DNA of 64,000 bases, from positions 45,975 to 109,974 of the forward strand of contig JBGSJG010000004.1 in the NCBI GenBank assembly GCA_041742135.1, written 5' to 3'. The notes beneath the pieces were generated by a model, which saw only the letters and a list, made by a program, of their open reading frames with translations, had not been told where the DNA came from and searched no databases. Positions 55,741 through 64,000 of this stretch are shown piece after piece. Position numbers and translations under genes: made by a program. Each line of letters opens with the position of its first letter. Positions within the stretch are counted from its first letter, which is position 1. Origin of the DNA: Patescibacteria group bacterium (lineage in GTDB: Bacteria > Patescibacteriota > Microgenomatia > UBA8517).

Positions 55741-58191
55741 ATGGGCAACACTCTTAAAGGCTTAAGTCAAGTTGAGGCTGATGCTTTACTGGCAAAATTT
55801 GGCCCAAATGTCCTGCCAGAAACCCCTCCGCCTTCAGACATTCAAATTCTTCTGTCTCAGATTAAAAGCCCTTTGGTGTATATTCTTATTTTTGCCGGGG
55901 TTGTGACCTTTTTTCTTCGTGATTACAGTGACACGACAATAATTCTTTTAGCTGTGCTGATTAATACAATGTTGGGCTTTTTCCAAGAAAGACGAGCCGG
56001 GAGAGCTCTGGCGGCACTCAAAAACATGCTCCGGCCAGAAGCTTTGGTAATTCGAGAAGGCGAGCGACTTAAGATACCGGTCGAAAATCTTGTGCCCGGA
56101 GATATCGTAGTTTTGCCCCAAGGGGAAAAGGTTCCCGCTGATGGCGAAATCATAGAGGCTAGTCGTTTGTATGTTGAGGAGGCAATGCTCACAGGGGAGA
56201 GCGCGCCAGTCTCCAAAGAGCTGACGGACAAAATATATATGGGGACTATTGTTACTGCGGGATTTGGAATGATGAGAGTAGAGCTCACAGGCAACAAGAC
56301 CAAGCTTGGAGATATTGCTCTTAGCGTCCAAGGCGCAGGAGAGGATACTCCTCTTCGTAAACAGCTAAAGGCCTTAAGTAGACAATTGTCTTTGTTGATT
56401 GTGGCGATGATAGTCTTTGTCTTTGTTCTGGGGCTAGTTCGCGGTCGCGATTTTTATGAAATTTTTACTACTTCAGTGGCTCTTGCCGTTTCTGCCATCC
56501 CCGAGGGCTTACTGGTTGCATTGACGGTAATTTTGGCAGTTGGCATGCAAAGGATTCTTAAGGCAAAAGGGCTTGTTCGTAATCTCCTGTCGGCGGAGAC
56601 ACTAGGTGGAGTGACGACTATTTGTGTTGATAAGACCGGCACACTGACGGAAGGCCACATGAAGCTCGTGAGCTTGGCGGGCGAGCGACCATTGATGGCA
56701 AAGCAGGCAGTCTTGTCTAATGACCGAGACGATCCTTTGACAATAGCCGCTTGGGAGTGGGGAGTGCGTGAACTGCGCGATGTAGATGTTAAAGGAGAAA
56801 AAATCGACGATTACATAGATAAACATGCGAGGCTTGATACTATTCCGTTTTCATCTCACGATCGCTTTTCTGCAACACTCCATAAATGGAGAGATGGCAA
56901 AAATATGATGTTTGTAAATGGCGCACCAGATTTTGTGTTGGAGTGGTGCAAATTAAACCGAAGTGAAAAAGATGATTGGACCAATGTCATTAATAAAATG
57001 ACTTCAAAAGGCATGAGAGTTATGGGCATGGCTACAAGAATGTTGCCAGCCCGAAAAACCAAGATTTCAAAGGAGCTGGCTAATGAAGATCTGTCGTGGA
57101 TTGGTCTTATGGGGTTTTCAGATCCAGTTCGATCTGGGGTTTCCGATAGCTTGTCGCTTGCCCGCAAAGCGGGAATAAGGACTATTATCATAACTGGAGA
57201 TTATCCCCAAACTGCAAAAAACGTTGCGTCCCAGTTGGGAATCGAAATCCAAAACGATAAAATCGTACTTGGTGAAGAGTTGTCCAAGATGGGGGCGGAT
57301 GAGCTTTCAACAATTTTAGCGGACCGCTCGCCAATACTTTTTGCTCGGACAACTCCGGAGCAGAAGTTAAAGATTGTAGAAGCCCTGAAAAAGAACGGAG
57401 AAGTTGTTGCGATGACTGGGGACGGGGTAAATGATGCACCGGCGCTTTCACAAGCTGATATCGGTATTGCGGTAGCGGAGGCGACAGATGTTAGTAAAGA
57501 ATCCGCAGATCTCGTTTTACTCGACTCTAATTTTAAAACCATAATCGCATCAGTCGAGGAAGGCCGCGGCATATTTGATAATGTCAGGAAGGTGCTTCTG
57601 TACTTACTAAGTGGCGCATTTAGCGAAATTTCTGCAGTATGCTTGGCAATTTTGTTTGCCTTGCCTTTGCCCGTTACGGCTACGCAAATTCTTTGGATCA
57701 ATTTGGTGTCTGACAGTTTCCCGAGCCTTGCTTTGACTTTGGACCCCAAACGCCCAAGCGCCATGAGTGAGCCACCGCGTGATCCTCGGCAGCCGCTTGT
57801 AACCAGGTGGATGGTGCTCTTGATTGCTTTTGTCAGTGTATTTTCTGGAGCTTCAGCTTTGTTTCTTTTTAATATGGTGATTAGCTCAACTGGGGATCTT
57901 ACTTTGGCCCGCTCGGTGGCCTTTGCCGCACTTGGGGTTAACTCTTTGGTTTATGTGTTTTCGCTTCGTTCACTTAAGGCCTCGATCTTTAAGTCAAATC
58001 CTTTTAAGAATAGATGGCTTTTAGCCGGAGTATTCGGCGGGTTTGTGCTGCAAGTTGTACCATTTGTTTTTAGCCAGACCCAATCCTTTTTTGGAGTAAG
58101 TGCGATTCCGGCGATTTATTGGTTATATATTATGGTACTTACTTTACTCATGCTTGTATTGATAGAATTGTCTAAACTTTTAATCAAATGA
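55741..58191 (+). CDS. Cation-transporting P-type ATPase (type IIA-like)
   Basis: TGES, PEGL, DKTGTLT, TGDGVNDAPAL. Confidence 0.96.
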   Translation: MGNTLKGLSQVEADALLAKFGPNVLPETPPPSDIQILLSQIKSPLVYILIFAGVVTFFLRDYSDTTIILLAVLINTMLGFFQERRAGRALAALKNMLRPEALVIREGERLKIPVENLVPGDIVVLPQGEKVPADGEIIEASRLYVEEAMLTGESAPVSKELTDKIYMGTIVTAGFGMMRVELTGNKTKLGDIALSVQGAGEDTPLRKQLKALSRQLSLLIVAMIVFVFVLGLVRGRDFYEIFTTSVALAVSAIPEGLLVALTVILAVGMQRILKAKGLVRNLLSAETLGGVTTICVDKTGTLTEGHMKLVSLAGERPLMAKQAVLSNDRDDPLTIAAWEWGVRELRDVDVKGEKIDDYIDKHARLDTIPFSSHDRFSATLHKWRDGKNMMFVNGAPDFVLEWCKLNRSEKDDWTNVINKMTSKGMRVMGMATRMLPARKTKISKELANEDLSWIGLMGFSDPVRSGVSDSLSLARKAGIRTIIITGDYPQTAKNVASQLGIEIQNDKIVLGEELSKMGADELSTILADRSPILFARTTPEQKLKIVEALKKNGEVVAMTGDGVNDAPALSQADIGIAVAEATDVSKESADLVLLDSNFKTIIASVEEGRGIFDNVRKVLLYLLSGAFSEISAVCLAILFALPLPVTATQILWINLVSDSFPSLALTLDPKRPSAMSEPPRDPRQPLVTRWMVLLIAFVSVFSGASALFLFNMVISSTGDLTLARSVAFAALGVNSLVYVFSLRSLKASIFKSNPFKNRWLLAGVFGGFVLQVVPFVFSQTQSFFGVSAIPAIYWLYIMVLTLLMLVLIELSKLLIK

Positions 58192-59177
58192 TAGTTGTTT
58201 ATCTTGTTTTGATTGCTATTTGTTCTTTAATCCTTATTAAGGCTGCCGATTTGACAGTAAGTGCAATTTCGCGCTTAAGCGAGGTGACGCGCGCCGGGTC
58301 CTTTTTCATTTCAGCGATTGTAATAGCAATTGGTACATCTTTCCCTGAATTGTTTGTTGGTCTAACTTCAGCAATCAACGGTTCTCCTAATTTGAGTTTT
58401 GGAAATGTACTTGGCGCAAATATCGCCAACATTGCTCTGATTGCCGGAATTGGAGCCGTCGTTTTTAATCGCGTCCAAGTGCAAGGAGAAATTGTCAGGC
58501 GGGACTTGGCGATTGCTCTAATTGCAGGCCTTACTCCTTTTATTCTTGTTTTCGATCTAGAGCTTGGTCGCGTAGACGGTTTGGTTCTGCTGTCAATTTA
58601 TGGTGTGTATGTTTCAAGCTTGTTCCGCGAGCGATATATGCAAATTGCCAAGACTCGAAGCGAGTCGGGCAGTCAAAATTTAGATAAGATTTTTCGGCAA
58701 ATATCTACGGTTGGTAAAAATCACTTTCAGGACTTTGGAAGAATGTTTTTAGGTGTTGCCTTACTCTTAGCTTCAGCAGAGGGGATAGTTCGAATTGCAA
58801 AACAGATATCGTTAATGCTATCTATTCCTGTTTTTATCGTAGGTTTGATCATTGTTTCTCTTGGCACAACTTTGCCCGAGTTGGCTTTTTCGATACGGTC
58901 TTTAAGAGACCGGCATCCAACAATGTTTTTTGGCAACTTGCTGGGTTCAATTATCGCTAACTCAACGCTAGTTATTGGACTGACTTCTGTAATTTCGCCG
59001 CTTCAAATAGAGGCGATTAACGAATATGCGGTGGCTCTTGCGACTTTTGTTTTGGTGTTTTTATTGTTCTCTCTTTTTGTACGCACCAAAGCTGCTCTTG
59101 TTAGGTGGGAAGCGGTGATTTTACTACTTTGTTATATTGTATTTGTGATAGTAGAATTCTTTGGAGTAGGGAGGTGA
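58188..59177 (+). CDS. Calcium/sodium antiporter (YrbG family)
   Basis: Two alpha repeats GTSFPE..GNVLGANI and GTTLPE..GNLLGS. Confidence 0.92.
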   Translation: MIVVYLVLIAICSLILIKAADLTVSAISRLSEVTRAGSFFISAIVIAIGTSFPELFVGLTSAINGSPNLSFGNVLGANIANIALIAGIGAVVFNRVQVQGEIVRRDLAIALIAGLTPFILVFDLELGRVDGLVLLSIYGVYVSSLFRERYMQIAKTRSESGSQNLDKIFRQISTVGKNHFQDFGRMFLGVALLLASAEGIVRIAKQISLMLSIPVFIVGLIIVSLGTTLPELAFSIRSLRDRHPTMFFGNLLGSIIANSTLVIGLTSVISPLQIEAINEYAVALATFVLVFLLFSLFVRTKAALVRWEAVILLLCYIVFVIVEFFGVGR

Positions 59178-59181
59178 TTTT

Positions 59182-59499
59182 GTGAGCGAAACATCAACAG
59201 GGCTTAAAAAAGAAACGGCAGCAGCATTGTCCTATCTTTTAGGTCCAATTACTGGCGTTATTGTTTTGGTTTTGGAAAAAGACGAGTACATACGTTTCCA
59301 AGCGATGCAATCAATTGTCGTATTTATAAGCTTGTTTGTTCTGCACTGGGTGCTCGGAATTACCGTAATATTGGCATTTTTGTTACCCTTGGTATCATTA
59401 GTCTCTTTTGTTCTTTGGCTGGTTTTAATCTATAAAGCGCTACAGGGAGAAAAATTTCAAGTTCCCTTTTTGGGCAAGTACGTAACGAAATTGTTATAA
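59182..59499 (+). CDS. DUF4870-like membrane protein
   Basis: AAALSYLLG, IRFQAMQS, KALQGEKFQVPFLG. Confidence 0.8.
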   Translation: MSETSTGLKKETAAALSYLLGPITGVIVLVLEKDEYIRFQAMQSIVVFISLFVLHWVLGITVILAFLLPLVSLVSFVLWLVLIYKALQGEKFQVPFLGKYVTKLL

Positions 59500-59503
59500 A
59501 AAA

Positions 59504-59989
59504 ATGAAGCTTATAGTAGGCTTGGGAAATGTTGGAGCAAAGTATGAAAATACTAGGCATAATGCTGGGTTTAAGTTTGTTGATGAGTTTGACAAATTTA
59601 AACCCAAAGGCGCGGCTCTTCATAAGCCAGACACCATGATGAATAATTCTGGTGCTTTTGTCGCGAAATTAATAAATAAAAACAACTTGGACATTAGCAA
59701 TCTTTACATTGTGCATGATGATTTGGATTTGCCTCTAGGGGGTTTTAAGATTCAATTTGGCAAAGGCCCTAAGGTTCACAATGGTATTAACTCTATTGAA
59801 GAGCACCTTGGATCAGGCGATTTCTGGCGTGTACGCATTGGGGTAGACAACCGCGACACAGATAACCGCACTCCTGGAGATAAATATGTGCTCGAGGAAT
59901 TTACGCCAGAGGAGCGGGAAAAGCTATTTCAAGTAATGAAAAATGCGACTACAGAATTAGTTTTGCACTTACAAAATGTCGACCGATAA
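59504..59989 (+). CDS. pth: Peptidyl-tRNA hydrolase
   Basis: LIVGLGN, TRHNAG, MNNSG, HDDLD, HNG, RVRIGV. Confidence 0.96.
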   Translation: MKLIVGLGNVGAKYENTRHNAGFKFVDEFDKFKPKGAALHKPDTMMNNSGAFVAKLINKNNLDISNLYIVHDDLDLPLGGFKIQFGKGPKVHNGINSIEEHLGSGDFWRVRIGVDNRDTDNRTPGDKYVLEEFTPEEREKLFQVMKNATTELVLHLQNVDR

Positions 59990-60281
59990 AAAAGCTGGCT
60001 TTACAAGTATTGGAAAAGTACTTGGAGGAATTGAACGCACGAAAGATAAATACATTTCTCGAGAGTTTCAAAAATACGGCTACGATTTGGCAGTCGAGTT
60101 GGGAGACGAAAAGCACAAGGCACTTTACATCAAGCTGGCCAAGCAGCACTCCAGAGGTCATCTGGAGGCTGCGCGCAACTTCGTCAAAGACGCTTATCAG
60201 GTTAAATCTAAAGGCAGGCTCTTTATGTGGAAATTAAAAGAGCTGGCTCGCGCCCGTGAGAATAAAGACGGTGGCAAATAG
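59976..60281 (+). CDS. Hypothetical basic protein
   Basis: 101 aa; overlaps the pth stop. Confidence 0.7.
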   Translation: MSTDKKAGFTSIGKVLGGIERTKDKYISREFQKYGYDLAVELGDEKHKALYIKLAKQHSRGHLEAARNFVKDAYQVKSKGRLFMWKLKELARARENKDGGK

Positions 60282-60328
60282 ATTTTGCATGCGCTAATAT
60301 GAGTTAGTATGCGAGTGTTTCTAGTGGT

Positions 60329-60862
60329 ATGAAAAAACAACTGGTAATTTATTATGCTTTATTTATTCTTTTATTTTTACTAATTTCACTGGCACGCGGA
60401 TGGCTCGCGGCACCATATATCGCTTTGTGGATCGGAGGCGCGATTGGCGCAATCTTGCCCGATGTGGACCACCTTATTTATATTTACTTACTAAAACCTC
60501 ACGAGCTTACAAGCCAGAGGGCGAGCAGGATGATTTCGCGCCGGGAAGTTTGGTCGGCTTTAAATTTACTTGCAACTACGCGATCTGAGAGGACAAACTT
60601 AATATTTCACACGGCGGTGTTTCAATTAGTTTTTGCTGCATTTACCTTTTTTGTTATCACTTCCTCATCCAATCTCTTTGGCAGGGGGATTGTTTTGGCT
60701 TTTTATTTGCATCTTTTGATAGATCAATACCTTGATTTTACTCAGCTTGGAAATATATCCCATTGGACAAAAGGCCTAAATATCAACTTGGATCGCGACA
60801 AGACTGTTTTTTACTGGGCAGCGATGGGGCTGTTGCTGGTTTTGTTTAGTTTTATTTTTTAG
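60329..60862 (+). CDS. Membrane-bound metal-dependent hydrolase-like protein
   Basis: GAILPDVDH, FH, HLLID motifs. Confidence 0.7.
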   Translation: MKKQLVIYYALFILLFLLISLARGWLAAPYIALWIGGAIGAILPDVDHLIYIYLLKPHELTSQRASRMISRREVWSALNLLATTRSERTNLIFHTAVFQLVFAAFTFFVITSSSNLFGRGIVLAFYLHLLIDQYLDFTQLGNISHWTKGLNINLDRDKTVFYWAAMGLLLVLFSFIF

Positions 60863-60879
60863 TCCATTGGTTATACAAC

Positions 60880-62079
60880 ATGAAAGTATTAATGTTCGGT
60901 TGGGAATTTCCGCCGTTTAATAGCGGCGGCTTAGGCGTGGCCTGCCAAGGGCTTGCGCATGCGTTGTGCTCACAAGGAGTTGATCTTACTTTCGTGCTTC
61001 CCAGAAGACTCGGAGTTTCTTCCAACCGTTTCCGTTTTCGCTTTGCAGATGGCAATGGTTTTGAGGAGCTTGAGGTTGATTCGCTTTTAGTGCCCTACGT
61101 GACTTCAAAAAAATACGGCAACCTACTTCGTGATGCACCTGTCGGGATGTACGGCTCAAACTTGTTTGCTGAAGTAAAAAGATACGCAGCTGCGGCTAAA
61201 CAAATTGCTCGAAGTGAGTCTTTTGATGTTATTCATGCACACGATTGGCTAAGTTTTGGTGCAGGAATTGCCGCAAAAGAAGTTAGTGGTAAGCCTTTGG
61301 TAACCCATGTTCATGCTACCGAAGTGGATCGCACGGCTGGGCATGTTAATGATTATATTTTTAACGAAGAAAAAAGAGGAATTACCGCTTCGGACAGAGT
61401 GATCACAGTAAGCGATTTTACTAAACGTGTACTCATTGATAAGTATGGGGTTGATGGCGGCAAAATTAGTGTGGTTCATAACGGCGTAGATCCTGGGAAC
61501 TTTACCACTAAAGCATCAGTTTCAAAGATTACCAAGCTTAAGTCGAAGGGTTACAAAATTGTTTTGTTTGTTGGCAGAATTACGATCATGAAAGGCGTGG
61601 ATTATTTTATTTCTGCGGCGCGCAAAGTACTTGTCTATGACCCGAAGGTGATGTTTTTGATTGTTGGTGCGGGGGACATGGAAGGCCAAGTGATGCAGCA
61701 AGCGGCTTCCTTGGGAATCTCGAATAAGGTTCTTTTCCCAGGTTTTTTGCGTGGAGAAGAGTTGTCGGAGGCTTACCGCTCTGCTGACTTGTTTGTTATG
61801 CCCTCGGTTGCTGAGCCTTTCGGCCTGACTTCGCTTGAGTCTCTCTTGCACGGAACACCGGTCCTTATTTCTAAGCAATCAGGGGCTTCGGAGGTTTTAA
61901 GAAATGCCCTAAAGACAGATTTTTGGGATGTGGATGACATGGCGGACAAAATTCTCTCAGCGGTTAATTACAAAAGTCTTCATGACGAATTGGCTATTAA
62001 TGGAAGAAGAGATGTTGAGGCTTGTAATTGGCCCAAGGCAGCCAACGAATGCATTCAAATTTATCAAAGCCTATTATGA
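60880..62079 (+). CDS. GT4 glycosyltransferase (glucan/glycogen synthase-like)
   Basis: MFGWEFPP..SGGLG, HAHDW, HATE, EPFGL. Confidence 0.92.
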   Translation: MKVLMFGWEFPPFNSGGLGVACQGLAHALCSQGVDLTFVLPRRLGVSSNRFRFRFADGNGFEELEVDSLLVPYVTSKKYGNLLRDAPVGMYGSNLFAEVKRYAAAAKQIARSESFDVIHAHDWLSFGAGIAAKEVSGKPLVTHVHATEVDRTAGHVNDYIFNEEKRGITASDRVITVSDFTKRVLIDKYGVDGGKISVVHNGVDPGNFTTKASVSKITKLKSKGYKIVLFVGRITIMKGVDYFISAARKVLVYDPKVMFLIVGAGDMEGQVMQQAASLGISNKVLFPGFLRGEELSEAYRSADLFVMPSVAEPFGLTSLESLLHGTPVLISKQSGASEVLRNALKTDFWDVDDMADKILSAVNYKSLHDELAINGRRDVEACNWPKAANECIQIYQSLL

Positions 62080-63311
62080 CAAGTATTTGCTTCTATTTTC
62101 AGGTTCATCAGCCAAGGCGAATTAAAAAATATCGTTATTTTGACATTGGCAATAACTCCTCATATTTCGACGACTCAAGTGAATCAAATTTAAACAATAA
62201 AAAAATTCTCCAAAAAGTTGCAGCTAAAAGCTACATTCCTACCAATCGTGTTCTTTTGGAACTTCTTCGCGCACATCCCGAATTTAAGGTGTCTTTTTCT
62301 CTTTCAGGCCTTGCAATTGAGCAGTTTGAAGAATTTTCCCCTGAAACTTTAGAGTCATTCCATGACCTTTTTTCCACAGGCCAGGTGGAGGTTTTAAGTG
62401 AAACTTATTATCATTCTTTGTCCTTTTTGTATTCAGGAGCAGAATTTAAAAGCCAAGTTGATCTTCACGCAAAAAAACTTAAAAAGGTGTTTGGCTTGTC
62501 CAAGCCTAAGGTTTTTAGAAATACAGAGTTAATTTACAACAACGATCTTGCTCGTGAAGTTGAAAAAATGGGTTATGTTGGAATCTTGGCCGAAGGGGCG
62601 GACCATGTGATGGGTTGGCGTAGCCCGAATTTTGTATACCTGCCTGCGCAGGCAGGTCGGCCAATTGAAAGAAAACAGATTAAGTTATTACTTAAAAACT
62701 ACAAACTGTCTGACGATATTGCTTTTCGATTTTCTGAAAAATCTTGGAAAGAGTATCCCCTGACCGCCGAGAAGTTCGCAAATTGGGTGAATGCCATAAA
62801 TGGAAATGGCCAGGTTGTTAATTTGTTTATGGATTATGAGACATTCGGGGAGCACCAGTGGGAAGACACTGGGATTTTTGATTTTTTGCGAGCTTTGCCC
62901 GGAGAACTCCTTAAACACCCAGACAATGATTTTGTGACTCCATCTGAAGCGGTTAAGCGTTACGCGCCGGTCGGTGAAATTGATATGCCAAATTTTGTTT
63001 CTTGGGCGGATGTTGAGCGAGATTTGTCTGCTTGGCTTTCTAATTCCATGCAATCAGACGCGATAGTGAAATTGTATGCCATGAAAGACAAAGTGTTGGC
63101 CACTAAAAACAAGAAACTTGCCGAGGATTGGAGGAGGCTGACTACTTCGGATCATTTTTATTACATGTGTGTTAAATGGTTCGCTGACGGCGATGTTCAT
63201 GCTTACTTCAACCCTTACGAGTCGCCTTACGATGCGTTTCGTTATTACATGAATGTATTGACAGATCTGCAAACGCGCATAAAACCCGCAAAAAAAGTGA
63301 GATCGCTATGA
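62076..63311 (+). CDS. GH57 alpha-amylase
   Basis: FQVHQP, ETYYHSL, FRNTEL, MDYETFGEH, SWADVERD. Confidence 0.95.
   Translation: MTSICFYFQVHQPRRIKKYRYFDIGNNSSYFDDSSESNLNNKKILQKVAAKSYIPTNRVLLELLRAHPEFKVSFSLSGLAIEQFEEFSPETLESFHDLFSTGQVEVLSETYYHSLSFLYSGAEFKSQVDLHAKKLKKVFGLSKPKVFRNTELIYNNDLAREVEKMGYVGILAEGADHVMGWRSPNFVYLPAQAGRPIERKQIKLLLKNYKLSDDIAFRFSEKSWKEYPLTAEKFANWVNAINGNGQVVNLFMDYETFGEHQWEDTGIFDFLRALPGELLKHPDNDFVTPSEAVKRYAPVGEIDMPNFVSWADVERDLSAWLSNSMQSDAIVKLYAMKDKVLATKNKKLAEDWRRLTTSDHFYYMCVKWFADGDVHAYFNPYESPYDAFRYYMNVLTDLQTRIKPAKKVRSL
62639..62656. repeat. 18-bp perfect palindrome CCTGCCTGCGCAGGCAGG inserted in frame in GH57
   Basis: Removal restores SPNFVYRP. Confidence 0.9.
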
Positions 63312-64000
63312 ACCCTTGGTGGCACAATGCAGTAATTTACGAAGTTTATGTTGACAAGTTCGCGGGGAACTTTAAAAGCCTGAGCACAAAGCTGGATTAT
63401 TTTAATTACCTTGGAGTTAACACTTTGTGGCTTTTGCCTCACTACAGTTCACCTATGATTGATGGTGGGTATGATATTTCTGATTACACCTCTGTTAGAG
63501 CAGATTTAGGAGACACTCAAGACTTTGAGGAGTTTGTCTCTGAGGCGCACCGAAAAGGAATTAGAGTGATAGTGGATCTTGTTTTAAACCACACATCAGA
63601 TGTGCATCAGTGGTTTATAGATGCGCGCTCGTCCAAGTCGGACCCCAAACGTGATTGGTACTTGTGGTCCGATAACACCGATAGGTTTTCTGAGGCCTTT
63701 GTGCACTTTAGGAACATTAAGGCTAGCAATTGGATACAAAACGCCCAAACTAATGATTATTATTACGCCAGTTTTTATCCTCAGCAACCTGACTTGAATT
63801 GGGACAATCCAGAAGTTTACGAAGCAATGCTTGGTGTCATGAAGTTTTGGCTTGTGCGTGGGGTAGATGGATTTAGACTTGACGCTGTCTCGCGGCTAAT
63901 TAAGCGTGATAACACAAATTGTTTTGCACTTCCCGAAACACACCAGATAATTAAAAGACTTAGAGCAGACATTGGCCGTGAGTACCCCGATGCAATCCTT
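63308..64000 (+). CDS. GH13 trehalose synthase/alpha-glucosidase-like (partial, runs off window end)
   Basis: Not in ORF track: MNPWWHNAVIYEVYV..DGGYDISDY..DLVLNHTS..QPDLNW..GVDGFRLDA. Confidence 0.9.
   Translation, partial: MNPWWHNAVIYEVYVDKFAGNFKSLSTKLDYFNYLGVNTLWLLPHYSSPMIDGGYDISDYTSVRADLGDTQDFEEFVSEAHRKGIRVIVDLVLNHTSDVHQWFIDARSSKSDPKRDWYLWSDNTDRFSEAFVHFRNIKASNWIQNAQTNDYYYASFYPQQPDLNWDNPEVYEAMLGVMKFWLVRGVDGFRLDAVSRLIKRDNTNCFALPETHQIIKRLRADIGREYPDAIL

Noticed and set aside
1-64000. CRISPR array, rRNA, intact IS or prophage; many short antisense ORFs
   Set aside because: No regularly spaced repeats, cas, transposase or phage structural genes were seen. The short overlapping ORFs are shadows of well-supported genes.

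Overview
A 64-kb chromosomal window from a Patescibacteria/CPR genome, most likely Microgenomates. This is inferred from the archaeal-type TPI, class I aldolase, ATP-dependent DNA ligase, split transketolase, pilin-like signal peptides and standard genetic code. The backbone holds a glycolysis/pentose-phosphate operon, two class A PBPs, nrdR-nrdJ-pduO, a VirD4/TraD-like ATPase, a Xer-like recombinase, trpS, ftsH, DNA repair genes (ung, mutM, recF, lig) and a glucan metabolism cluster. The most interesting signals are not in the ORF track. (1) A tRNA-Ile(UAU) gene is split exactly at position 37/38 by a 111-nt insert that itself contains a second complete tRNA-Ile(UAU), and a third relic copy follows. 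(2) An 18-bp perfect palindrome and a TTCGAC..GCTCA REP-like family are inserted in frame into recF, GH57 and gapA, nested in each other and inside a riboswitch. (3) Two displaced, synonymously diverged copies of the nrdJ C-terminus are stacked downstream of nrdJ. (4) A cobalamin riboswitch precedes an unknown Zn-ribbon gene. (5) A decayed large-serine-recombinase element has att sites that can be reconstructed in frame, a Tgs1-like methyltransferase/Nudix/PfkB cargo and a highly structured end. (6) A 60-bp promoter/tRNA 5'-end duplication flanks a lipoprotein gene. (7) Leaderless promoters are widespread. All protein calls come from motif recognition by eye, without database searches.
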